Under the pieces are notes generated by a model, which was not told where the DNA came from, did not search any database, and saw only the letters and a program-made list of their open reading frames with translations. From Bacillota bacterium (GTDB lineage Bacteria; Bacillota; DTU025), in NCBI GenBank assembly GCA_050951805.1, contig JBMNJT010000008.1, positions 320,001 to 384,000 on the forward strand: DNA of 64,000 bases, given 5' to 3'. Positions 40,739 to 51,515 of the stretch are shown here, piece by piece (position 1 is the stretch's first letter; every line of letters begins with the position of its first letter). The position numbers were made by a program, and so were the translations under genes.

Positions 40739-42308
40739 TCTCGTGCACCTCCTCGAGGGCGCCTGTGAAGCGGAAGTTGAACCAGCTCAGTGTGCCGATT
40801 ATTAGGAAGATCAATATGGTTACTGCTGAAGCAAGCCCGTAGTCGGTTCCAGAACCGCTTTCAAAAGCCAGACGGTAAGTGTAAGTAATCAGTATGTCGG
40901 TTGCCCCTGCAGGAGTCTGCGCGCCGGGAATAGCCGGTCTTCCCTGGGTGACCAGGTATATCACACCAAAATTGTTGAAATTGAAAGCGAAACTCGACAC
41001 AAGCAAGGGCGCTACGCTTACGAGCAGGAGCGGGAATGTGACATGCCAGAACTGCTGCCAGCCGGTGGCGCCGTCTACCCGGGAAGCCTCATAGAGCTCG
41101 TCCGGGATGCTCTGAAGTGAACCGAGGCTGACTAGCATCATGTACGGGAATCCAAGCCAAAGGTTGACTATTATCAGTGCGACCTTGGCCCAGAATGGAT
41201 CCTGCAGCCACGGCACTCTCACGTTGAAAAGGAACTGGAGCATGTCATTGATGAGCCCCACTTCCGCGTTGAGGAGGCCTCTCCAGATGAGCGCGGATAT
41301 GAAGGCGGGCATCGCATAGGGGATAACCAGCAGAACTCTGTAGAATCCTTTGAACTTCATTTTCTGGTCATTGAGAAGGACAGCGAGGAGAAGGCCGAGG
41401 ATAAACGTGGTTACCACAGAAAGCGCCGCCCATTCAAAAGTCCATACGAACACCCTGAAAAACGGGCCTGACACCTGGGGACTTCGGATTAACCTCGCAA
41501 AATTGCTCCACCCGACCGGCGCACGATAGCCTACGTCCAAAGCTTCCCCGTCGTCTGCCAGAAAAGTGCCTTGCGTCGCTGTATAAACTTTTCCGGTGGT
41601 CGTGTCAATGAGGGCATCCAGATTGCTATCGTAGGAATATTGAGGCTTATATGTGGCAAACCGATCCACGTTCCTCATCTTGAGTATAAAGTCCTCGAAG
41701 TGGAACTGGAGAGCCTCTACTGCACTCATGTGCTGGAAGAGTTCGAGCGTGCCGAGGCGCTGATAGGGGCCTATGCTTTCCGGAACGCCATCTGAATCCG
41801 CGTATTCAACGGGCAGTTGGACCTCGCCAAGCGGGAGAACTTCACCGTCTACGCCGAGCAACTTCTCTCCCTTAGGGTCGATGAGGACGACTGCGAATCT
41901 GCCGTCATGGCTTTTGTACATTGCAGCAGGGTACTCCGGCGCATCTTCCTGCAGGGTGGCCCGGGAGAGGTAGTTCTCGATTACCTGTTCTTTTGTGAGG
42001 AGGTGGCCGGTGCCGTAGTTTGTGAAGGCCACAGCCACTGTGTAACATATGGGATACACCACCATGGCTGCCATGAAGATGAGGCCTGGAATCAAGTAGC
42101 GCCATGGGAACAGGCGCGGAGTCAGGAAGACCCAATCGATCAGAGCGCATCCCGCTGCAAGCATGACAGCTATCCAATAGGCGCTTTCGCCTATCAGAAC
42201 GAATATGGCCCAGATGGCCAATGCGTTGAGTATTCCCAGGAGTGCGACCTTTGCAATCAATCCTGGAATCGGCATATCGACGGGCGCGCGTCTTGTCGCG
42301 ACTTTCAA
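40731..42308 (-). CDS. malF: Maltodextrin ABC permease with large P2 loop
   Basis: 'AFTNYGTGHLLTKEQ', 'VNLWLGFPYMM', 'LYEASRVDGA', 'SSFAFNFNNF', 'GATDILI'. Confidence 0.92.
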   Translation of the reverse strand: MKVATRRAPVDMPIPGLIAKVALLGILNALAIWAIFVLIGESAYWIAVMLAAGCALIDWVFLTPRLFPWRYLIPGLIFMAAMVVYPICYTVAVAFTNYGTGHLLTKEQVIENYLSRATLQEDAPEYPAAMYKSHDGRFAVVLIDPKGEKLLGVDGEVLPLGEVQLPVEYADSDGVPESIGPYQRLGTLELFQHMSAVEALQFHFEDFILKMRNVDRFATYKPQYSYDSNLDALIDTTTGKVYTATQGTFLADDGEALDVGYRAPVGWSNFARLIRSPQVSGPFFRVFVWTFEWAALSVVTTFILGLLLAVLLNDQKMKFKGFYRVLLVIPYAMPAFISALIWRGLLNAEVGLINDMLQFLFNVRVPWLQDPFWAKVALIIVNLWLGFPYMMLVSLGSLQSIPDELYEASRVDGATGWQQFWHVTFPLLLVSVAPLLVSSFAFNFNNFGVIYLVTQGRPAIPGAQTPAGATDILITYTYRLAFESGSGTDYGLASAVTILIFLIIGTLSWFNFRFTGALEEVHENV

Positions 42309-42417
42309 GTCATTTCACCCTCCCTGAGCTAGCGCAAGGGCGCGCGCCCTTGTCGAACTGTCGGCATGACGGGCGGCGCCCCCACGAAATCAGGCATCGC
42401 GTGAACATTGTGCAAAC

Positions 42418-43644
42418 CTATTTCTTGCTAGCCTTGATGGCAGAGATGATCTGTGCCGTTGCGTCATCAAGAGCTTTCTTCGGTTCGAGCTTCTGGTTGA
42501 ACGTGAGTTCTATGGCGTTGGCCCATGCCGTCCACACTGCGGACATTTCCGGTATTGCCGGCATAGGTATGCCAGCGGCTGCGCTATCGCCCGTAGCCCT
42601 TATGTCTGCGTCAGACGACACGGCTCTTGCCGTCGCAAGATACGCCGGCGGACGGGGATCCTGCTTGAACAGGGCCATCATAGTGTCGGCAGTAGCCACG
42701 TATTCGTTGAGGAAGGCTTTGGCCAGCATCTTGTTCTTGCTGAACGAGCTGATCATGAAGCCTTGAACTCCGACAAACGGGCGGGGATCCTTTCCGTCTA
42801 TCTTTGGTATGGTGGTGAACCCGTAAGGGACCTTTGCTGCGCGAAGGTCGGCCAGGGCCCATGGCCCTGTGAGCATCATGCCTACTTTGCCATCTTTGAA
42901 GAGGCCCATCATTGTGTTGTAATCCATACTTTGCGGCATCAGTCCGTCCTCAACAAGCTTGTCGAGGAGGCTGAGGCCTCTGACTGCGCCCGCATTATTG
43001 AGCCCCACGTCGAGCGGGTTGAGGGTGCCATCCTTGTTCACCCCAAATACGTATCCGCCGGCGGCACTCATGATCGGGAATGTGTGGTATGGGTCGGGTA
43101 TGGGAAGAAGGAATCCGTATTGCTTCTTATCTTTGTCGGTAAGCTTTTTGCAGATTGCCACCAAGTCGTCCCAGGTCTTTGGCGGATTGGGAACGAGCTT
43201 TGTGTTGTAGAAGAGCCCCACTGCCTCCACAGCGTAAGGAACTCCGTACAATGTACTGCCCCATGTGAAGGCTTCAACCGAGACTTTGAGGAAATCTTTC
43301 TCTTTGGCCTGCAGGTCGATGGGCTCGATAAGGCCGTTGGTTACGAGCTCTCCCAGCCAGTCATGGGCACCTATGATGATATCGGGGCCTTTGCCTGCCG
43401 GTCCGGCCACGCCAAGCTGGTCGCGGATGTCACCAAAGCCCAGTTCTTGAACTTCCACAGGCACTTTGTACTTGGCTGTAAACTTTTTACCTAGGTCCTC
43501 CATGACAGGGGCTCGCGTTCCATCTGCCCATATGAGAAGTTTGCCTTCTTGAGATGCCGACGCGCACGTAGCCAATCCTAGCAGCATTGAGATGCACATG
43601 GCAATTGCAAGAGATCTTTTCATCTTCGCGGCTGCGCACTCCAA
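42418..43644 (-). CDS. malE: Maltodextrin-binding protein (start may be 43623)
   Basis: 'GKLLIW', 'GPDIIIGAHDWLG', 'TGPWA', 'PFVGV', 'MPAIPEMSAVW'. Confidence 0.92.
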   Translation of the reverse strand: MECAAAKMKRSLAIAMCISMLLGLATCASASQEGKLLIWADGTRAPVMEDLGKKFTAKYKVPVEVQELGFGDIRDQLGVAGPAGKGPDIIIGAHDWLGELVTNGLIEPIDLQAKEKDFLKVSVEAFTWGSTLYGVPYAVEAVGLFYNTKLVPNPPKTWDDLVAICKKLTDKDKKQYGFLLPIPDPYHTFPIMSAAGGYVFGVNKDGTLNPLDVGLNNAGAVRGLSLLDKLVEDGLMPQSMDYNTMMGLFKDGKVGMMLTGPWALADLRAAKVPYGFTTIPKIDGKDPRPFVGVQGFMISSFSKNKMLAKAFLNEYVATADTMMALFKQDPRPPAYLATARAVSSDADIRATGDSAAAGIPMPAIPEMSAVWTAWANAIELTFNQKLEPKKALDDATAQIISAIKASKK

Positions 43645-44002
43645 GCACTCGTTGCGCCTGAAGAGGCGCCTTTCCCCCCTCCATTTTTAATGACAAGCAT
43701 GCTCCCCATGATGCTGACTGGGTCGTATGTTTATGCCATGGAAGCTGCCTATCTATACCTGTAGTGCAGTGTTTGGGGAACACTTGATAAATTCTCCGGA
43801 AGAATCACAAATCCTGCATTGATAAAACAGGATGGGCTTTGGGCTATTGCACTGGGAGGTTAGCGTATTGCCCATAGGCCGATGGGTGCTGCCCGGTATT
43901 TACGAACCTATCGGACCCTGGCACATGTGCTTTGGGTCCATGGTCAAACCCATGTCCGTGCGCATATGGTGCACTAGACTCTAACCAGGAGAGTGATGGG
44001 CA

Positions 44003-44917
44003 ATGACAGATGAAGAAAGGGAAGAGGTCGAAACGCGCCAGACGCCGGCTTGTCCGGGCGGATTTCTATATGAGATCAGGGCTGGCGACACATTCTACGC
44101 TCTGGCCCGACGATACGGGACAACTGTAGAGGCTATAACGGCAGCTAATCCCGGCGTAGACCCGCGAAGGCTGCAGATCGGGCAGCTTATCTGTATACCC
44201 GTAGCTGTCCCGACGCCCCCCGTGCCTCCGGTTCTCTGTCCTGGTGGGACGCCTTATGTCATACGGCAAGGCGATACTCTATACAGGATAGCTCAGAGGT
44301 ATGGGACCACCGTTGATGCGTTGCTCCGCGCAAATCCAGGAATCGATCCCATGAACCTCCAGATTGGGCAGGTTATATGTATTCCCGTGCCGATTCCCGT
44401 TCCTCCTCCGACGGTTTGTCCGGGAGGAGTCTTCTACACTATCAGAGCAGGAGACACGCTATACACGATCGCAGCTGCGTACGGAACGACAGTCCAGGCA
44501 ATACTGGCGGCCAACCCCGGCCTCGATCCGATGAGGCTCCAGGTAGGCCAGGTAATATGCGTGCCTCTGCCTGCTGTGGCGCCCAGAACGTGTACGCTCG
44601 CCCTCGCTCCGTCTGTGACAGGCCCTGTAACAACGGCAGGAGGCGCCCTGTGGATGAGAACTGATGCATCAGGTAGGACTGAGCTTCTGGTTATCATCAC
44701 TAATGTGCCGTCACCTACAAGCCTTGGAGCGGCTACTTACACGGCCCTGTTTACTTGGGGTGGGTATTCATTCCAGGTGCCTATGACAGAGGCGCTGGGC
44801 ACCGGGATCTGGGCTGGCACTGCAGTTCAGCAGTTGCCTGCGGCCTTTTTCTCAACCGGCAGCGTAAACGTGTGGCCAGGTCCAGTCCTTGGCGGACTCG
44901 TGGCAAACTGCAAGTAA
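44003..44917 (+). CDS. Triple-LysM protein (SafA-like, probable spore coat)
   Basis: Three 'CPGG..Y.IR.GDT.Y..A..YGTTV.A...ANPG.DP..LQ.GQ.IC.P' repeats with Pro-rich linkers; no signal peptide. Confidence 0.85.
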   Translation: MTDEEREEVETRQTPACPGGFLYEIRAGDTFYALARRYGTTVEAITAANPGVDPRRLQIGQLICIPVAVPTPPVPPVLCPGGTPYVIRQGDTLYRIAQRYGTTVDALLRANPGIDPMNLQIGQVICIPVPIPVPPPTVCPGGVFYTIRAGDTLYTIAAAYGTTVQAILAANPGLDPMRLQVGQVICVPLPAVAPRTCTLALAPSVTGPVTTAGGALWMRTDASGRTELLVIITNVPSPTSLGAATYTALFTWGGYSFQVPMTEALGTGIWAGTAVQQLPAAFFSTGSVNVWPGPVLGGLVANCK

Positions 44918-45340
44918 GAGTCGGGCGCGTGGGTAACGATGCCGACAGAGGGTCGGAAAGCTTGCCATTTAAGGCAGGCTTTCCGGCATTTACGCGGCAT
45001 GTTTGTTGGGCCTATGGAATGAAAAAAGTCCAAGCAGCTTTGAAAAAGTAGTTGAGCGCGTTCAAACGGCTATCGCATGGGCACCGCCTGGGGAAAGTTG
45101 CCCCTGTAGGAATGTGTATATAGGGCAAAGCCTAGTTCGAGATTGCTTTGAGCACCATAGAAGGTACGTACGGTTCGGTGAGGAGATGGCGCCGGGCTGA
45201 TCGCATGGCGCCACCATATTAAATGTCGTGGCGACAATGCTCCGCGAGATTACTCACACAATCAGGCAGGTGCACAGCAGCGATGTCGCCCATAATGAAC
45301 AGGTTGTTGTGTGGTTGATCTACGACTTCGGCAGCACAGC

Positions 45341-45946
45341 TCATGCCAGGTGGGAAATGCAATTTACGGATTCCACAACATAACCTGCCTCGGTGTAATC
45401 CACCACGTTTATGCAACATGGATCCTGAGACAGCTTCCAAAAACTCGATACAGGGGCATGCAACATATTGAGCAAAATGAGCTTAGTCAGCACGCGGTGG
45501 GAGACGATTGCCAACTCATCGTCATGCTCGTGTGATGAGACGATTTTGCCCATTGCAGCCATGGCACGGTCAGATACGTCTGACAGAGACTCGCCACCGG
45601 GGAAGGTAAATGAATCGGGGCCTGTTTGCCAGTCCAGATAGAGTCTTCCGTAGTCCGACCTTATCCGGTCGGTGGAAAGCCCTTCCCATTCCCCGACATC
45701 TATGTCTGTGAGCGCGTCGCGAACGATGATGTTTATGCCATGTGAGACAGCTATCGCCCTTGCAGTGTCGACGGAACGCGACAGAGGGCTCGTATAGACC
45801 GCAACGAGTTTGACATCGCGAAGCGCCGTAGCGACCGCCGCAGCTTGTTTTCTGCCCATGTCATCGAGGGGCGCATCCATGCGTCCACGGAAGGTCTCTT
45901 CGCGCCCGCGGACGGTTTGCCCGTGACGAACAAGATATATTCTCAT
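45341..45946 (-). CDS. Histidine phosphatase family protein
   Basis: 'LVRHGQT', 'SPLSRS..TA', 'GEWEG', 'PGGES', 'IVSH'. Confidence 0.92.
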   Translation of the reverse strand: MRIYLVRHGQTVRGREETFRGRMDAPLDDMGRKQAAAVATALRDVKLVAVYTSPLSRSVDTARAIAVSHGINIIVRDALTDIDVGEWEGLSTDRIRSDYGRLYLDWQTGPDSFTFPGGESLSDVSDRAMAAMGKIVSSHEHDDELAIVSHRVLTKLILLNMLHAPVSSFWKLSQDPCCINVVDYTEAGYVVESVNCISHLA

Positions 45947-47367
45947 CCGATTAACACCTTCTCTTCTGGGAGATGGACATTGGCCAAGGGCTTTTGCCGT
46001 TGAGCCAAAGCTAACATCACAGTGAGGGGGCCGAGACGCCCAGAAAACATGGTTATCATTATAAGCACTCTGCCGAAGTCAGTAAGGTTAGGCGTTATGC
46101 CCGTTGTCAGACCGACTGTGCCGAAGGCCGACGCGGCTTCAAACAACACCTGAAGGAACGAAGCCTCTTCTGTTGCGGAGAGTACCAAAGTGACGCCTGT
46201 TACCAAGGCCAGTGCGAGACTGGCGATGGTGATGGCCCTGAACACCAGGCTTTGGGATATCTGCCTGTCGTTGATCTCCACATCGTCTGAACCACGAATA
46301 GTGGAGAGTATGGCTGCGATGATCACTCCCATTGTTGTGGTTTTTATGCCTCCGCCGGTGGAACTGGGAGAGGCTCCTATAAACATGAGAATTACGAAAA
46401 TGAACAAGGTCGAGCTTCTCATCTTGCTGATGTCAAGGGTGTTAAAGCCAGCGGTCCGCGGGGTTATGCCTTGAAAGACTGCGCCAAGGACTTTGCCTGC
46501 CGGAGACATTTTTCCGAGTGTGTCGGGGTTGCTGAACTCCAACCCGAATGTGGCGGCCGTGCCGATGGCGAGCAGCCAGAGTGTGACTGTCAGGACCAGT
46601 CTGGCATGGAGCGACAGCCTGTTGCCCCGTCGGTGACCAACAAGTTCGACTATGACTGGAAAGCCCAGGCCTCCAATGATTATCAACGATCCTATGACGA
46701 GAACGACTGTGGGATCTGATGCCCAGTATGTGAGGCTGGAGAAAGGCCCGGTTATAGAGCCAAAAAGATCAAACCCTGCATTGCAGAACGCCGATATTGA
46801 ATGGAATATTCCGTAGTATATTGCCTTTGATGTGGGCATGATCGACGAAAACCTAAGGCTCAGAATGATCGCCCCGACACCCTCCACGATGAATGTGGTC
46901 AAGAGGAGGTATCTGGTGAGGCGCACCAGCCCTGCAATGCTAAACTGGTTGAGGGATTCTTGCAGAAGAATCCTCCCCCGCAGCGTAATCTTTCGGCCCA
47001 AAAACAAGGCGATTGCTGTGGCCAGCGCCATGAATCCCAATCCGCCTATTTGTATCAGGATGATGATTACTATCTGCCCAAAAAGCGAAAAAGATGTGGC
47101 TGTATCGAGCACCACGAGGCCTGTAACGCAAGTGGCGGATGTAGCGGTGAAAATGGCGTCAATAAACCGGATGCTTTTTCCGTTGGCTGATGCTGCAGGA
47201 AGCGAAAGCAGAATTGCCCCGATGATTATCACGGCAGCGAAACCCGTGACCAGAACCTGTGATGGATTGAGTTTAGCACGATGAAACCTGTGGAAGAATC
47301 CGTTGAGCGCATCCATGTTTTCAGTCATACCCGCTTTCACTCTCCTGAATGCAAACAATCCTATCAT
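45943..47367 (-). CDS. ktrB: TrkH/KtrB potassium uptake membrane subunit (true start likely slightly downstream)
   Basis: 'SATCVTGL', 'SAFCNAGF', 'PRTAGF', 'STGGGIK', 'SAFGTVGL'. Confidence 0.92.
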   Translation of the reverse strand: MIGLFAFRRVKAGMTENMDALNGFFHRFHRAKLNPSQVLVTGFAAVIIIGAILLSLPAASANGKSIRFIDAIFTATSATCVTGLVVLDTATSFSLFGQIVIIILIQIGGLGFMALATAIALFLGRKITLRGRILLQESLNQFSIAGLVRLTRYLLLTTFIVEGVGAIILSLRFSSIMPTSKAIYYGIFHSISAFCNAGFDLFGSITGPFSSLTYWASDPTVVLVIGSLIIIGGLGFPVIVELVGHRRGNRLSLHARLVLTVTLWLLAIGTAATFGLEFSNPDTLGKMSPAGKVLGAVFQGITPRTAGFNTLDISKMRSSTLFIFVILMFIGASPSSTGGGIKTTTMGVIIAAILSTIRGSDDVEINDRQISQSLVFRAITIASLALALVTGVTLVLSATEEASFLQVLFEAASAFGTVGLTTGITPNLTDFGRVLIMITMFSGRLGPLTVMLALAQRQKPLANVHLPEEKVLIG

Positions 47368-47588
47368 CGGGGTGTTCGCGTGTCAATTGTATCAAATTGA
47401 CGGCCGTTCTACCCTCGCGAACTGCGTAACCAGGTGCAAGCTGGACGCAGAATCGGACCCAATCCAGCTCATGGCTTGGTGCACTTAGTGGGTGTGGCAC
47501 GTAGAGAGTGATTTTATGGTGTTGAAACAAGATTGAGAAGAGTATAAAATATGTCATACTACTTATCGACACTGAGAGGTGATGATGG

Positions 47589-48893
47589 GTGGACGACCCA
47601 AGTAGCAGTACCTACTTGTTTGCCTTTATCTGCTTGGTGTTGTCTGGAGCTTTTTCCGCGAGCGAGGCTGCGATTCTCTCATCCGATGAGGCAAGGCTCA
47701 AGAGTCGATATTCATCCGACCCCCGACTCCGTTCGATTCTTGCTGTGAATAAGAGCCCTGCTCCTGTCATGTCGTCTATTCTTCTTGGCAATACTCTGGT
47801 AAACGCAATGTTCTCTGCACTTGCGGCATTCATAATTCACTCTATTGTACCGGGCGATGCTGGGCTCGCTGACGCAATTGCGACGGCAGCGGCTACGGTG
47901 ATGCTTCTCGTATTCGCAGAGGTAAGCCCTAAATTGGTAAGTGGAGGCAACCCAGAAGCCGTTGCGCTTTGGGCTTCATCCTGGCTGTTAGGTTTGGCTC
48001 GTGCGCTGGCGCCGGTATCTAGCGTGCTGACAGCATTGTCGGGGCATTTGGTGGCATGCCTTCCCCAACCGGACACTGCGGAGGAGGATTTCGGCGAACT
48101 GCGATTTCTGGCTGCAGTTGAATACGGTGAAGAGGCTGGCGCCATATCCGGTCTGGAAAAGGAGATGATATGGGGGGCCATGGAAACCCATGACCTCTTG
48201 GCCAAAGACATAATGACTCCGAGGCCGCGTATTGTGGCAGCGAGTGAGGATCAGAGCACCGCAGAGGCACTTGACTTAATGCTGAAATACGGTTTTTCCC
48301 GCATTCCGGTGTACGCGGATTCCATCGATAATGTGACTGGAATACTCAACATGAAGGATATTGCTCTGCTCATAAGCTGCTCTCCCAATGACTGGCGTGA
48401 GAGATTGGACCTCATGCCATGCGTGCAGCTGGCAGTGAGACCCTACTTTACCCATGAAAGAAAGAGAGTCTCCGATTTGCTGATCGAAATGCGTCTGAAG
48501 GGCATACATACGGCAATTGTTGTGGACGGCCATGATGGCGTATCTGGCCTGGTCACGCTCGAAGACGCTCTCGAGGTTATAGTTGGGGACATTCAAGATG
48601 AATATGACGAGGAGACTCCGGAACTGGTGATGTCGGAAGCAGGGTGTTGCCATGTCGTTGGAAGTGTTAGGCTGGCTGATCTTGCAGAGGCCTTTGATGT
48701 GGAGTTGCCTACGGAGGAATTTGATTCCGTAGCCGACTTCATTATGGCATGCCTCGACAGGGTGCCTTCCGAGGGGGACGCCTACTCTCTTGTAGGGCCA
48801 AGATTGACTTTGGAGGTTGTGGAGATGGACGGCCCGCGTATAAAAAGGGCCATAGTGCGTCTATCGGAGATGGAGACGGGACGCCATGGGTGA
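47589..48893 (+). CDS. Hemolysin/CNNM family protein (DUF21-CBS-CorC)
   Basis: 'FSASEAA', 'ILLGNTLVN', 'IMTPR', 'GFSRIPVY', 'TLEDALEVIVGDIQDEYD'. Confidence 0.9.
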   Translation: MDDPSSSTYLFAFICLVLSGAFSASEAAILSSDEARLKSRYSSDPRLRSILAVNKSPAPVMSSILLGNTLVNAMFSALAAFIIHSIVPGDAGLADAIATAAATVMLLVFAEVSPKLVSGGNPEAVALWASSWLLGLARALAPVSSVLTALSGHLVACLPQPDTAEEDFGELRFLAAVEYGEEAGAISGLEKEMIWGAMETHDLLAKDIMTPRPRIVAASEDQSTAEALDLMLKYGFSRIPVYADSIDNVTGILNMKDIALLISCSPNDWRERLDLMPCVQLAVRPYFTHERKRVSDLLIEMRLKGIHTAIVVDGHDGVSGLVTLEDALEVIVGDIQDEYDEETPELVMSEAGCCHVVGSVRLADLAEAFDVELPTEEFDSVADFIMACLDRVPSEGDAYSLVGPRLTLEVVEMDGPRIKRAIVRLSEMETGRHG

Positions 48894-49974
48894 GTTGGAC
48901 TTATTGGTTTCTTTGATGATCCGGACTATTCTGTTTGTTGGTTCAGTGTTTGGTGTGGGCTTCTTTGCGGCGTCTGAGAGCGCGTTTTTGAGCATGAATA
49001 GGTGGGCAATTGACAAGCTTGCGCAGGAAGGCGACGAGAACGCGTTGATTATGCGCAGGCTTACAGAGGACTCCGCCAAGACAGTATCAGCTGTGCTGGT
49101 CGGAACGAATGTCCTGTCAACACTCTCATCTGTCCTGGCGGTTTCCATTCTGTTGCTTGTAGGGAAATCAGGGACGAGGGCGATAGCTATTGCATCGATA
49201 GTGACAACTGCGATTATACTGATTTTCTCTGAGCTGACTCCGAAGACATATGCGGCAGCAAATCCCACAGCCACTGCCCTGAAGGTTGCTGTTCCGCTAT
49301 CCTGGGCAATTACTCTGCTCGGCCCTGCGGCATCATTCCTTGCTTGGGTTCCCGCGCAGATCGCTGCCTTGTTTAGGCGAAAATCGAATGCTGGCAATGA
49401 GTCTCCTGATGAGATCATTCGAGCGGCTCTTGATGCTGCTGAGGACGACGGGTCAGTTGTTCCGACTGAGACCGAGGTGATCCATGGAGTTTTGGATTCC
49501 AAAAGGAAGTTCGTTCGCGACATCATGATTCCAATCGAGCGGACTGTCGCTTTGGATTACGATTCCACTTTGGAGGATTTCATGGAGGCCTACCTGAAAG
49601 AACGCTACAGCCGGATGCCGATAATCGCTTCATTCTGCGGCAAAGTGCTTGGCATTGCACATGTGAAGGATGTTATGAAGGAGATTGTAGCGGGCGGCGA
49701 TCCGGCTGCAAAGAAGGCTCTGTCGGTGGCAAACACCGCCTGTTTGGTATCTGCCGATGCTCCGGCACTCGACGCTTTCAACGAGATACGGAGCCGCAAG
49801 GCTCATCTGGCCGTAGTGGTCCAGCGCGGAATCGCTGTGGGCATTGTGACCATAGAGGATTTCCTCGAAGAGATAGTGGGCGATATTCCGGAAGATGCAT
49901 CCGGCCATGTCGTGAAGTCGACCTATGGCACAATGGCCCTGGCTGTGACAGTAGAAGGCGCTGAGAACGCCTAA
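48886..49974 (+). CDS. Second CNNM/CBS protein lacking CorC domain
   Basis: 'FFAASESAF', 'VLVGTN', 'FSELTPK', 'YSRMP', 'TIEDFLEEIVGDI'. Confidence 0.9.
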   Translation: MGELDLLVSLMIRTILFVGSVFGVGFFAASESAFLSMNRWAIDKLAQEGDENALIMRRLTEDSAKTVSAVLVGTNVLSTLSSVLAVSILLLVGKSGTRAIAIASIVTTAIILIFSELTPKTYAAANPTATALKVAVPLSWAITLLGPAASFLAWVPAQIAALFRRKSNAGNESPDEIIRAALDAAEDDGSVVPTETEVIHGVLDSKRKFVRDIMIPIERTVALDYDSTLEDFMEAYLKERYSRMPIIASFCGKVLGIAHVKDVMKEIVAGGDPAAKKALSVANTACLVSADAPALDAFNEIRSRKAHLAVVVQRGIAVGIVTIEDFLEEIVGDIPEDASGHVVKSTYGTMALAVTVEGAENA

Positions 49975-50004
49975 AGCTAGCCAGAACTATCGCACAAATC
50001 AGTT

Positions 50005-50463
50005 TTGGAAGCGTCCATGCAAAGATGTAAGCGTGCTGTGAATACGGTGATCAAGACCTGGTGTCCCTTATCCCGAGATGACCGGACTTTCATTGCCAGA
50101 CTGATTGTTGCTGAAGCCTTGTGTGGGCTATGCAAGGAACTAGGATGTGACACGGGGATATGCGTGTTTTCGAAGAAAGAAGCCGAGCATTCGATAGCAA
50201 ACGTTCCATCTGAACTGTCAGACATTGGGCCTATGTATGCGGCCTTCGTGCTGTTCTCCGAAGCCTTCTATTTCGGTGAGAACGGTCTTGCCGTACTTTT
50301 CCCAGCGCTCAGACGTCCCGAATGGCTGCGTTCTCGGTATATATTCTTTCGATCGCGGATCCCTGAGAGAGCGCTTCTCGAAACTGATCGAATAGCTATG
50401 GAATACACATTGTATGCAAGCGGAGACAGGCTAAACGTTGAGGCGCCAGGGGGACTGATATAG
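50005..50463 (+). CDS. hypothetical protein (possibly N-half of the next ORF)
   Basis: Same frame as 50464-50856, separated by a single TAG. Confidence 0.45.
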   Translation: MEASMQRCKRAVNTVIKTWCPLSRDDRTFIARLIVAEALCGLCKELGCDTGICVFSKKEAEHSIANVPSELSDIGPMYAAFVLFSEAFYFGENGLAVLFPALRRPEWLRSRYIFFRSRIPERALLETDRIAMEYTLYASGDRLNVEAPGGLI

Positions 50464-50856
50464 ATGCGACTTTGCCTGGCGCCAACTGTTTTGGAAGAGA
50501 CTTCAGCCAACGGCGTTATAGTAGCTGATGTGACAATTGGGGAGCTCGTGTACGACGGCAAACTGTTGGATGCCTTGGAAGAGCTAGATGCGCCTGTTCG
50601 ATTTATAGTGGAAGAGGGCATGTTTGCCGAACGCCTCAGGAACCTGCTATGGACATTACCCCGATCCAGTCGACACGTGGTTGAGCTGGGAATAGGACTG
50701 TCAAATATCACTCCAACGGGTTACATCGGAGCTGACGAGTGCATTGCAGGCACATGCCATTTTGGAATCGGCGACAATAGGTTTTATGGAGGAAGGAATG
50801 CCTCGCCCATACACCTAGATGTAGTTGTGGATCGGCCCCGTATCAAGCGCTATTGA
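50464..50856 (+). CDS. C-terminal catalytic part of M29/AmpS-like aminopeptidase
   Basis: 'VELGIG', 'DECIAGTCHFGIGDNRFYGG.N.SPIHLD'. Confidence 0.7.
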   Translation: MRLCLAPTVLEETSANGVIVADVTIGELVYDGKLLDALEELDAPVRFIVEEGMFAERLRNLLWTLPRSSRHVVELGIGLSNITPTGYIGADECIAGTCHFGIGDNRFYGGRNASPIHLDVVVDRPRIKRY

Positions 50857-51051
50857 CTGTGTTGTGTTTGAGACTTGGCAAGCCGCTTACAGTCTGGAGC
50901 AAAGCTGAAGGCTTTTTGGGAGTCACTTGTTGCCTCATAAGAAGTGACATTGAACACGGAAGTTCGCTCTAGCGAAGCAATTGTGGTCATAGGACTGTGC
51001 TTGGCACAGAATTGCGTTTGGCAAAACGCGTAACAAAGTCGTGCGGGACCC

Positions 51052-51080
51052 TTGACCATGGGGTACGCCTATGATAAAAT
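51052..51080 (+). promoter_or_regulatory. sigmaA promoter for tRNAs
   Basis: TTGACC-17bp-TAAAAT with extended TG. Confidence 0.8.
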
Positions 51081-51093
51081 TCTTAAGCAACGT

Positions 51094-51171
51094 GGTGGAT
51101 GTAGCTCAGTTGGCTAGAGCATCAGATTGTGGCTCTGAGGGTCGTGGGTTCAAGTCCCATCATCCACCCCA
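51094..51171 (+). tRNA. tRNA-His(GTG)
   Basis: G-1, GTGGATG/CATCCAC stem, anticodon TT-GTG-GC, C73, CCA. Confidence 0.97.
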
Positions 51172-51262
51172 TCAATTCGATTGTGAGGCCCTGGGATATC
51201 CAGGGTCTATTGCTTTACATGCGCTTTGGGTTATGCTATACTTTGTCGCGGGCATGAAGCGG

Positions 51263-51339
51263 GCGCCCGTAGCTCAGTTGGACAGAGCGATGGACTTCGA
51301 ATCCATAGGCCGCAGGTTCGAGCCCTGCCGGGCGCGCCA
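51263..51339 (+). tRNA. tRNA-Arg(TCG)
   Basis: GCGCCCG/CGGGCGC stem, anticodon CT-TCG-AA, GGTTCGAGCCC, CCA. Confidence 0.97.
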
Positions 51340-51515
51340 TTTTTGTTTGCCAGAGTGTAACCGGTGCATATCGGGGATTGGCATTGATGCCCCGGTGGTG
51401 GCTTGAACAGCCGCTCGCCGGGGCATACTATTGTGAATTAAAGTTTTCAAAGGAATCAACTTACGCATCGTCGAATAGGTTACCCGAAGGATGCTCGGGA
51501 CAGCGAGGTGTACTC

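Noticed and set aside
44050-44570. DNA repeats in 44.0-44.6 kb as a non-coding array
   Set aside because: They are the three LysM coding repeats.
24035-50463. Amber recoding/pyrrolysine from in-frame TAGs at 24035 and 50461
   Set aside because: clpP, clpX, tig and the lyase end normally at TAG; other pseudogenes carry TAA stops and frameshifts; no pyl genes in the window.
51263-51339. tRNA-Arg(TCG) as an anomaly
   Set aside because: Less common than ACG but well known in clostridial lineages.
51071-51468. ORFs 51071-51406 and 51274-51468
   Set aside because: Shadow ORFs over the tRNA genes.
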